DNA of 64,000 bases. Source: Fimbriosthenelais zetlandica (lineage: Eukaryota). Shown piece by piece: positions 11,801 through 23,800 of this stretch (position 1 is its first letter; each line of letters begins with the position of its first letter). A program made the translations under genes and the position numbers. The stretch lies in the NCBI GenBank assembly GCA_977030845.1, contig OZ365109.1, positions 22,196,001 to 22,260,000 on the forward strand, read 5' to 3'. The notes below the pieces were generated by a model, which ran no database searches, had not been told where the DNA came from, and saw only the letters and a program-made list of their open reading frames with translations.

Positions 11801-14800
11801 TGTACTCTTCTCTGTGAACCTCCACAAATTGCACGTGTTCTTTGACCACCGCCTGAGCCATCTGATGTTTAGGTACTAGGTTGGACACCTCTCGACGGTA
11901 GCTTGCTATACTATCAAAGGCCTCAGTCAGCTTCGATAAACCTGCCTCAAAGGTCTCCATTTTAGCCTGAAAAGTAAGGTTTGATGAGTTAGGAAAAAAT
12001 CCTTTGAAAGTCTGCTCTGGGAGTCTGCTGGGTAGGACTTGGTGACTGCTGGGTAGTGACACATTGTTTCGTTGATACTTCGTTGCTGTCACTTCGAAGT
12101 AACCTTTATCATAATATCATATCATTCCGCTTGACCTTCTCTCTAATAAGTATATTATAAAAGGCCAACCCTGTCTGTACTGAGAGGTACATACGTAATA
12201 AAATTATATTGCTGACAATCGGCAAGAGCAGACCAGAGAGCCGACAGTGTGTTTCAACTTCGTCGTGATATGACGCTAGTTTTTGATGCCCCGTTAAACC
12301 CCAATCTAAAAAAAAAAAGAAAAATTATTTGAATCTATAACAATAATTATGTCTATCAACCACTCACCTTCTCCTGGTTGCATATGTTGGCAGCAACAAC
12401 CCTGAAGACATGGACAAACTCTTTGAAGGTGAGAGGAGAGATGATTTTGAGTGTGGTGGGTTGATGGCTGTGAAGCTTCTCCAAGGCTGCCTTGCTGGAG
12501 TTATGGATGTAAGCCATGGCTGAGGCAATCATTTTTGTCTGTTCCTGCCTGTGGTTCTCACTCCAGGGTACAGGGATCTTGGAAGGTCTGGTGTCGCTGA
12601 GCCAATGCTTGGCCACCTTGAAGAAGGCGTCATAGGTCCAAGGATGGTAGACGTCCACAGAACAGCACTGACGGAGGAGGACTGGGTACTGCGCCAGCCG
12701 TGAATAAAGGCTCCTACCTTGTTGGTCTGAAACCCAGAAATAATCATGAACTACATGTAATTGTTCAACTTGAATAAAAACAAATCGACAGTTCAAGAAG
12801 CGAGAATTTACTCTAGTGTTAAAATGAAAGTCTGTTTTACCAAAAGCATTCATGCAAACAATGACGTGAAGATTCTGTCGCACACGTTGTAAGAACTTGT
12901 TGAACGCTGCATCGACCTTGTCTACACGTGTGACCTTGACCTGTCCTGGGGTCATCAAGGTCGCAATGCTCTGGATTTCAGTGATACTGTACAAGCCAGG
13001 ACATTGACCTGAAAGAAGAGCACATCCTTAGTGACAGGCCTGACTGAATTATAGAACAATGACCTATGGGAGTATGATGGTTCCCATATACAACTTCCAA
13101 CTATTCTGTTGGATTTGGAACTAATGCTGGAAATGAATTTGTTAATTTGGTTTCAAATCCAATCACAATGGAGGAACAGAAATTGATTGTATCTACGTCC
13201 CATTAATTCCAGGGACTTCGAACTAAAAAAATGCATGTCACATGAATTTATATACTTGATATCCTACACGATGCACTGAGTTAGTACACTAAACTAGAAA
13301 GCTATTTGACCAGCACCCAAGCTTTGTTTGGGTGCAGTAGCAGAACTCAAAGCTTGGGTGCAGTTACATAAGTTATCTGATAAAGCCTCTGGGTAAGTTG
13401 TGCAAAAAGAACATTGATGGACTATAATATAAACTGTACACCACATAATCGACTACCATTTAGGGCACAGAACATGCTAGTGAACTAGTACTGAATGTAC
13501 AATACCCTCAGCATGCACCTAACCTCTATACAGCCTTTTATGAAGAAACATTTTTATAAAAGCTTGGAAGATCTACAAAATAATTCTAGAGCTCTATGCC
13601 ATTACAGTTGTGCAATGGGGCGTACTATATTATATATATTAATTATATGACTATAGAAACACTATAGCCAGTAAATATCACACCTTCATCCGAGTCAGAG
13701 AGACCTGGACATAACCCTGTAAAATAAAAGATTGCAAATATATAAAATAGCTGCACACAAGTAGGCTATACCCGGATTTTTTCAATGTTCCCTAGATAAT
13801 TGGGAAAATTGGGAAATTCTTCGCGTTTATTTGAAATGAAAAGCGTTCAAACCTTCCTTGAGGAAAGCGCAGACATCTTGCAGACATTGCGGTCCCATGT
13901 CTTCCTTTACCAATAGCACCATGGGTCGGTTCTTGATGGCTGCCATACGACTGCAAGCTTTCATAGTTTCGTGAAGGCTGCGTCGGCATTCGGACGAGTC
14001 CTCAAATATCGGTGGCTCAAAGAGCTATAAACAAAAATATAATTTATATTTTCTTCATATACATGTATTTTATTAGACCCAAGCATTGATACAATTTATG
14101 GACAACATTCGGAGCAGAAATCGTGTCAAGCATACCTTGCAGCTGGTAATGCGAGCAGCTAGTCGAACTAACGTGGCCCGCCCTGTGAAGTAAGTCATTC
14201 CAATAAGCAATGCATGGCCGGCATAGGTGATCTGGAAAGGTATAATATCTCTATAACTTAACATCCATATTATGATAGATAAAGGTAGACAGGAAGATAT
14301 GAAACTGAAGGAGATTTTCTTAGTTAAATATATGACACGTAATGGTATATAAAAAAACATTCAGAATCAAGTGTATTTTTCATGAAAATTTTAACATCTG
14401 ATCCAATAGACCTATCCAACCATGATTTTAATTCTAAATATATTGATTACTCACCAAAACACGGACAAGTCTAGTGATGTGGCGGACAGCATCTTCAAAG
14501 AAGACTAGCTCCAGTTTCCGGTTGTTTGTTTCAATGTTGTACAATCCGAGGCATGTATTCAAGGCGATGGCTAATTGGTGGACTGTACCCTCAGCATATC
14601 CTGAAACCATAAGCATTTTATTTGAATGCGTTTATTAAAGAAATCAAAGCCAGAATATATACACATTGTGTGGTCAATATCCAATGTAATGAACACAAAT
14701 TTCAGCCAAGATTGGGCTCAGTCTGTTTGTCAGATTCAGGTCCAAAGCATATTTGACCGTTCACCAGCAGAACGAGTCATGGGAACAACTGATAAAAGTA

Positions 14801-17800
14801 ATCAAATTGAAATAAGTAAGATGGAACAATATAGAAAACATGATTACCTCGCTCAGCATAAATGCCATAAATGTCAGCATGTTGTCCTCGAATGAAGCGA
14901 CTAAAGAGGAAACCAGATAGGGACTCATGAGGCTCACGTACCTGAAATATTAACAAATTTTAATATTAACAATATTAATTAAAATTTTAGACATAGCATA
15001 AATACCCAAATTTTATAACCTCATTTTATAACCGATCATTTTCAATCACCTTTCTATCATTTAAAAAAAACGTTGCTTGTCATTGAAGCTTAGACTGAAG
15101 ACCTACCTGGGCCTTGTCGAGCAGCGGGCCTGAGTACTTCTGTATCTCTTTGTCCACAAGACCCGTTTTGAAGGTTACTCCTCGTTTGGCGGTTTTGGAA
15201 TGAGGTGCACCTTTCCTCGGCGTCTCACTCAGGGCTCGGTTTGACCCCGATCCTCCCTTGGGATCCTGACCTGGAGCTTTTATGGAACGGGGGAGTAAAG
15301 TACAGATTTTTCATATGAGAAGAATTTGTTTCATATAGAAGACCGACCATGTGATGATTATCAGATAATGAAAGGAATTCCGACCTCATGAAATTAAAGT
15401 ATTCATGGTTGACATTCTAAATGTTTTAAATATGATTCAAGATTTTTCTCATATATGTTAAATAAGACGGGACAAAATCAGCAAAATAATGGATTGAAAT
15501 ACTCCGTAAAAATCGCCAAATGAAAAGGACACAAAAGCTAAAAAGAAAGAGGTGAATGATCATCCATGAACCAAAGATAATATAATAAGGTGCATCACAA
15601 ATCAAAATGTGGGGAATGACTGTTTGGATGATAAAATTTCTCGCTGAAATTGCCACTATTTTGAAATGCAGTCAGGCACTCTTGCAAACTTTGATTCTTC
15701 TCAGGTATCTACCTCCTTGCACATATTCTCGGTACCGTTTGATGCGCGTCTTCATTTTCATGAGTAGACTGATGCTCATAGCAGCGCCTATCTCGGAACG
15801 CTCAGGAGAATCTTCTACTTGTTCTGTATCATGAGGGAGCATTTACACTCAATTCAACCAAACTGCAAAACTATTGCAACGACCAAACATTTTGACAACA
15901 GAAATAGAAATCTACCCTTAGAACCCTGCCATGAAGGCGTTATATGGATCATTACTGGATTTGTCCAAGCTTTGTTTGGGTGCACGCAGGTGCAGAACAC
16001 AAAGCTTGGGTGCAGCTTAGAAACTAGCGAAATTTCCGGGCCATCTTGGGCCACTACCACTACAGCCACTACAACCTAAATTTACAATCTAGACAAACTT
16101 ACTTGATGTTCGATGCTGCTTCGGGACCGATTCCTTCTTCGGGGGAGGGGTAGTTTTCTTTGGTTTGGCGGGCTTTTGTGATATTTTCACACTTCGTTCA
16201 GTGACTTCAGAAGAGCTGCGAGTACTCTCCTCCTCTTCCTCAGACTCCACGCTGCTCGTTTCAGTGCTGGAGGATTCTGTCACCTCTTCACTATCCTCCT
16301 CTTCTTCTTCCTCCTCCTCTTCCTCATCTCCTTCTACAGTTTCAGCATCGGTTGTTAGCTCATTTGGTGTTGTGGTTTCGGCATTGGCAGATACATCTTG
16401 GTCGAAGGGGGTCCCTGAATATATTCACAAATTTGTGCAAGGTTCAGGCTCCATTTTGTAATATTTTGAATTCCTGTGCTTTCAATGACATCCAACAACA
16501 TCGCCCTCCCCCTTTCCCCAAGCAGAAAACAATACAAATCACATTGAATTTCAAATTATTTTTAACACCTTGGGCTTCAATAATGGTAATGGTCGAATGA
16601 TTTCAACCAGGCCATCACAAAACAGAGGAAGGTGGGAAAATAAAATAAAATCTATGCAAATAAAAAAGGTCATTTTGGGCGTTCATGAACAACTCACTTG
16701 CTCCTGGAGTAGAGTTGGTAGCTAGCTCCTGGGTAGTACTGGGATCGTACGGGGTGGAGGAGACGTCCTCTTCTGCCGGTATGGCAGTATCCTGTTTGAG
16801 AGCCTGGAGCTCCTCCACTGTCATGGACGTCGTCTCCCGGGACATCAATGGGTCAATTGGTGTCGGTAGAGTCAATGATGCGGATGGTACCTAATATTTT
16901 TACAAATCATTTATAGTTTCACTTAGTCACACAATAGTTCCACCATTAATTTTAGATGATTATAAAAGTGTTTATAGAAGAGAAATAATCCAAAGTAGCT
17001 TGACCATAAAGCCCTATGTCCATAAAGCCCTATGTCCACCAAGACATTTACTTGACATTATTAAGCAGTCGATTGACTGACACCGACAGCTGACAGCAAC
17101 TGTCAGACTGGCTTATTAAATTGACTAGGTGACAATTCCGATTACCTGGCGGTCTTCTGGTATTGTTGTCATTTTGTCCCTGGAGTCCTCAGTACTACTG
17201 CAGAAGCGTCTAGTAATCACATCGTCCAAGAGAGCCTCAAACCAATCTTGATCTAAAATGGGAGAAACTCATGAGACCACCAGGAAAAACTTCTGCTTAT
17301 ATCAACTCTGGACATAACTATCACTGTTTAATTTCTTGTTTTTGCTCAGAATATTCTTACAGCGATGTTTTAGGTTGATGACTTTGCACTGACACAAACA
17401 TGGTGTCTTACAGGGATGCAATCCTCAGTGCCTTTGTAAGCCACCTTCAGCATACAAAAGATTTTGCTGTTGTCTTTAATGCAATTTCTGCAAAGAGAGT
17501 CTCAAAATGTGTGACACCTACCTTCAGAGTCAAGTATTCTGTCACCAAACACCCGGGTACATTCGTGACACCAGAGCCTAGTGATGGACCTGATGGTAGA
17601 GAGGGCTGGTGACAGCTCCTCTGCTCCCTGCAGATTCTGTGACTGTGCCTGCAGTAACTCGGTTATAGGTGGATGGAAACCCAGTGCGGCCAGAGTGGCT
17701 CTCTCTGTGTGAAAGCAAGGTGAAATGGCGGTTAAGTTAATAGGTTAATCAGATATGACAGGAACAGTCATGATCGGATGTGGCATGTGACAGAAGCAGA

Positions 17801-17843
17801 TGGAGTTGAGTTAATGCAAATTTGAATGAATGAATGAATCAAA

Positions 17844-17875
<32 letters not shown>

Positions 17876-20800
17876 ACACAGCTGTATAATATAACTATAT
17901 ATCACTAATATAATATAACTATATTATAGTTAAAACATCCTGCTGAAGGAAGTGAAATGCACAAAGTCATACAGTTCCGCTCAACTGAAAACCAGTCTTT
18001 GCTTACTTTCATGATTCTGTAGTGCCAGTTCCTTGTCCTTCACACGTCTAGCTTTAGGCTTAGGTTTAGCCTTGGCTCTAGACCTGGGGGACAGGAGCAG
18101 CATTCCTTCCACTGCATGAGCCAGGTCATGGAGGGTGAAGACGTAATGTGGATGGGCCGGAGTGGCTCGTAGATGCTCCTGTACTGAGCGGTACACATCC
18201 AACAATCCTCGTACACATGCCTGCCAGATCAAATTATTATTTGAACATTATAATTTTAAGTGTGAAGTATATTATGGGTTTGGCAAAATCTCGGGCCAAT
18301 ACACAAATCTGAGATTCTCACTGTTTTTCATTTTACTATTGGCGATGCCCATTGCATAATCCCAGGAGCCATATGGCCAATATATGAGGTGACCGTTATA
18401 GCGAGGTGATCGCTACGCAAGGATCCACTGTACACAAATGGGCATAAACTCATAGAGAATAAATGTAAATCTCACCCTGGACAATTCAGACTGATGGTCG
18501 AGTACATTGGACGGAAACTCCTCCATCCAGGTTTGTATAGTCTTGTTGTGCATGGCATAGAGTGTTGTCTCAGACGGTGTGAACATGGTGAGGACCGTGA
18601 AGAGACGAGTCAACCTGGACGTCATCACATGAGACACATAGCCATAGCCAGAACCTGGAAAGTAACACATAATATGGCCATGGCAGAGGAATCAACCATT
18701 ACAAAATTGTCTCACTCATTAGTATATGGAATCAACCATTACAATATGTGTCAGTGGACATGGCAGAAGAGTCGGCCATTACAATAATATGTCTCACTGT
18801 CAGTAGTATATGAAATAGACCATTACAGTATGCGTGTCACTGTCAGAAGTATATGAAATCGACCATTACAATATGTGTGTCACTGTCAGATGTATATGAA
18901 ATCGACTATTACAGTATGCATGTGTGTCAGTGTCAGTAGTATATAGAATCGACCATTACAATATGCATTCCACTGTCAGTATTATATGGCTGTTCAGTCT
19001 GTTACCATGAGAAGTTTTAAGTAGTATATGAAAATGCCTGTACAGTTAATGAAGGACAATACTAAAATGGGACAGAAATAAAAGACCTACCTGGAGAGCC
19101 AGGTGAGGAGGCAGACACTAGGAAGTCTGTGTCGGGCAGGGCGATTGGTATGTGTCTGTTACGTTCATAGGTAGACTGCTGGCTGATGACCTGCCTCATC
19201 AACTCTAGAATGGGCTGAGAACCTACAAGAGAAATGTATTTCTTAGAGGTATGGGACTAAAAAACTTAGTCATGTATACCAAATACCAATGTCTATCCTC
19301 ACCTGTTTCATCTATAGGAGCTGTGTTAAGGTCATCCATGAAGAAGAGATATCTGCTCCTCTTGTTCTGGTTGCCAACTGGTGAAGGGTAGCCCATCATC
19401 TTGTTCTTTCTGGGTTCATAAACACGTGAGACAATAGTGGAGTAGACTGACTTAACACCGAGCCCTGGCGAGATGGGCAGACGGGTGTATGGGTGCTTGG
19501 CTTGTACCAAATACTGGAAAAGTAACACAGATTTTACCCATAAGAGTTTTGGAGGAAGTCAAGTGTCAAGAGTGCAGTTACGGTCGCATCGTACTGGAGA
19601 CATGCCTATTTTCTTCTTGTTCATGTTAAAGATGTTAATCAAGTTTTCCCGATCATTCTTGTCATGGATTTTCTTCTTCACAAGCACGGTATAATAAAGT
19701 TCTATAAAAATCATTTCATGCTTCGTTTTACTAATATTTAAAAACATACCGACAATTGTAATCAAAATTGGGCAAATGAACTCAGAAAGTCTACCACTAA
19801 TGATAGCCTAATGGCAATTATAATAGTTGTCAACTGTCCAAGAAGAGAAAATCCAACTCTCACCTCCACCAGACTGGTTTTTCCAACGCCAGGAGCTCCT
19901 GTGATCATCACTGGTTGTTCAGCAGACAGGAGCATGTCGATAAGGAAGTTATAACGGTCGATCTGAAGTTAGTTAATATACTTATTGAAAAAATTTCTAG
20001 TTAACTTAAAGTACTGCTGATTTGGACATTAAGTATTAGTTTCAGCAGTTCTATTCAAAAACTGCTAATGGAATGTAAGGGGGCTTGGATACATTTCTAA
20101 AATAGATAAAAATTAAATTTTCATTGATTAAATAGTGCTTATTAAAATGTGTATATAGTCTACAATAGAGTATAAGACAAACCTCTGGGAGGACAGTGTA
20201 ATGAGTAGCCACCCCTCTAGCCCTCTCCAGGGTGCGGTCACCCCACTTAATGAAGGTTCCGGTTTTGAAGTCCACATAATAATCATAGACCGTGCCCGAG
20301 TCAGGGACAATGACAGGATGAGCGGCTCTACTCAATGTCTCCCGAGCAAAACGACTGAACTTCTCCATCGAACTAAAAAGCAAAACATACGTTCATTAAC
20401 CTTATGTATGAATTATGTATTATTCATCAATCGGGAAATTTGCAGTGATGTGTGTAGGCTTTATATTTTATTAAATTTTGTCAGGTGGTGAGGAGAATAC
20501 CGGCCTTTCTCTCTGCCCGACCTCATTAAAGCTACTGTATTTTTTGCTAACCTGAATAAATATAATCTTCCAAAAAAAAACCTCTGAAGAGGTTTTATGC
20601 ACAATATTTCTCATACGTCAGTCAAAATCATGGCTTTTGACATGAATGTTTAGCTCTGGAACAATGAGAAAGATTTTTCTAAATATTCTTCTGGGCTCAC
20701 CTGTCGTGCAGACTTCCTCCAAAGCCCCAAATGTATGCGAAGGAAAACATACATTTAATCATACAGATGTAGTTAGGTACGACATCCTCTACTCGTGACA

Positions 20801-23800
20801 GACCGGTCGTCCGACCTGTAGGTGTCCCATCTTCTACAGCCTGACTACGAGGCGTCCTCGACCCCTGCGATCTATGCTCAGTTGCGGCTGCAATATTTAG
20901 GAAATTTTCAGTAAAATGTTCATTTTGAAAAAGTTTGTCTTTTGGGAAAGTTTCTATATGAGGCACAGAGGATAAGACACTACAATAGCTCTAATACAAA
21001 TTTTTTTACCCACAACCAAACAAATATAAATATCAGATTTTCATAGACCTGTTTAGAATAGTATTGGCGGCTGCAATATTGAGGCAATTTTCAGTGAAAC
21101 ATTTACTAACAGTTTGTCTTCTGGGAGAATTTCTCCATGAGGTAAAGAATAAGAGATAAAATGGGTTTCCATGGGAATATGTAACAGAATCTGAGATGCA
21201 AAATTGCATATCGATCCCAAATCAAGTCAAAAATGCAATGCTCCTACCAGAAACAGCCTCTTGTGCGAAGAGTTTCTCTATATCATCTCTCATCAGGTGT
21301 CTGTCCAGTACAGCAGCCATTAGCCTGATGAAGGTTGTCACCTGCTGTAGGCCTGGTACTATCTGACAAGACGAGGATGAGGCGCCCAGTCCGGTACCAT
21401 AGGTCAGAGACGACGAACATTCCTTCTCCAGGAAGGTCAGTGTGGAGGTGAACACTGTCTTGGCTAGTGAGTCCAGCACCTGCCATCTAAGACAGGAAGA
21501 GTAAAGTAGACAAATGCTTGACATTCAATTCAAATTGTATTGCATTTATTATTTTATATATGCATAAAATGTTCTATAACTGTGGTTACTTGGTAATCTG
21601 AAGGATATATCGGAGTGTATAATAGGGTCAGGAAGAAATTTCTCATTGACCGGATCCAGGACATTGGGTGACAGAGACTGCACTGAAGAGGCTTGTGTAA
21701 AATTTAATTTGGAGCAAATCTCCATTAATTTGAATATTTCATTAGTGAAGAACTCTGATTAATAAACTCAAGTCTTCTAACATTTTGATTAATATTGCTT
21801 CAACACTTAGGCATCTTATAGTTACATGTCAGAGTTAACTGTTGCAAAATTTACACTACACAGAGGTTTTACGCTATATTTCAAAAGCTCTTAGGGAATT
21901 TCCATTTATTATCTAGAAAAATGTTTAAAAGAAATCCAATGGAATTTTATTACATACCCGATGGCATTAAACATCCAGCGCTGTCTGGCAGTGAGGCCCC
22001 AGGCTTCAAAAACAGCCTTCCAGCTGACTGACTCCGGACGACAACACAAGACAGCACACTGACCGATCACAGACGGCGAGGCGTTAGACAGGTCCTCCAC
22101 CTCAAATATCAGAGATGTGGCTTCTGAAATCAAATAATTAACTTACCAACTTGTACTTGTGACCTCATGCATGGAAATATCAAAGACCCATTGATATTTC
22201 TATGCATCAGGTTGACTCAAACAGACGCATCTTATGCACGTATCCTGTGAAATATCCCATTATTTAGTGGATAGAGCCTGAAATCTGCTGGATGAGTGCA
22301 GCCCAAGCGATGGTTATGTCGGAAATACATTTTAAATATTTACTGGCATAACCACCACAATTAGGGCTCTATTTACTTTAGTACATGTCGAATTTCACTC
22401 CAGTGAATTATCGTACCAATAATTCTGCATGATTTTAAGCAATGATCAATGGAAACCACCAGATCAGTATATTAAAGAATAGTAAGTTGAATAGTGGGGA
22501 ACGACTTCTCAGCTTGAAAATATATGAAACTGAAAAACATCAAGAAAGTCTAACTAATGGAAGCCTAATATGATACGCAATGGTATGTGGACATCATTTA
22601 CACACCCTGTAGTTCAATCGACTGACTGTTGGCTAGAGACAATCGCCTGTTTTCGCCATAAAGCGTTGCCATGGTATCCACCCAGGTAGGGTTGACCTTG
22701 CCATCGAGGACCACCCATTTCTGTATCTTAGACGGCGCGTCCGCACTACCCTTCTTCTTGTCATCGTGGTTGTCATGCATCCATCGGGCCGCTTCTGACT
22801 GCTTCTCCGCATTGCCAATAATGTCTGCCAGAAGACCCGGTACCCATTTCCCTCCCTCAAACGATCCAAAGAGCTAAACGTTTGGAAATAAAAGATAACA
22901 ACACATTTAGTAATAGGTACCATAACATGGTTTACACCAAAAATTAAATGTGCAAACATATCAACATTTTGAATTATGGAATTAATGTAAAATAACCATA
23001 ATTCATATAAAAGTAGTTCTCTGAGTGTTCTTGCAAGAAAAAAAGTTCATCATTTCAATTAACCAAAATTATTTGGGGGGGGGGGGGGGGGGGGGGGGGT
23101 TGAAGGCTCTTGATTAACCATTTACGACCTTTTCATCTTTAACAGCAAAGGAAAACCAGAATGTTTACCATAACCAGGAAAAGAAAGCAATTGGGGAAAT
23201 TGTAATCAAATCATAGACGTAGATATCTACGTCTATGAATCAAATGAAGCAGCAAATGGAAAATAACCACCCTCGTTCCAAAGTTGAACGTGGCAACATT
23301 GAAGCAATAATAATACAGCGCCAAATAAAACCAAAAATAATAAAAATAAGGAAATAAAGGGTTTCCTAAAAAAATGTACACATCCCCAGTTATCCTGCTA
23401 TGGACATTGGTCCTTCGCTCCATCAACTCAAATAAACTTGCGTCGATCTGTCTCATTACAATTAGTACAAGGAACCCTAGTCCATTTGAGTATATACACT
23501 TAAATTGCCCGTATTCATATATCTATAGGCGTTCAATACTTGCAAGCACAGCAGCAGGAAAAACATTGGGTGACTGCGACACATCAAGCCCTAATTTACA
23601 GGTCTCTGTCCGGAAACTATTATATCCAGAGGTCATATTTTCCCTTTCCATCGAAATCATCCACAGCTAGTTTTGGCATGGAGATGTATACAAGCAACCT
23701 ACCTCAAGGTAGGTATAGATATTAGGTAGCATGACATTGACATCGACTAAAGGGTACTGAAAAACAAATGGTGGGTACCAAAAGACGCTGAGTTTCATTT

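Noticed and set aside
16165-16461. Plus-strand poly-Ser ORF
   Set aside because: Antisense of the acidic DNHD1 exon 16103-16414.
17340-17450. Candidate DNHD1 exon
   Set aside because: Stops in the usable frames; the exon at 17146-17252 (DQDWFEALL) continues the alignment in phase.
18688-18990. CRISPR-like repeat array (also 41935-43562)
   Set aside because: Eukaryotic intron, units are tandem without unique spacers, and there are no cas genes.
19530-19705. Coding-looking intronic ORF (YYTVLVKKKIHDKNDRENL...)
   Set aside because: Phase is incompatible with the flanking exons, it ends in a stop, and I recognise no homology.
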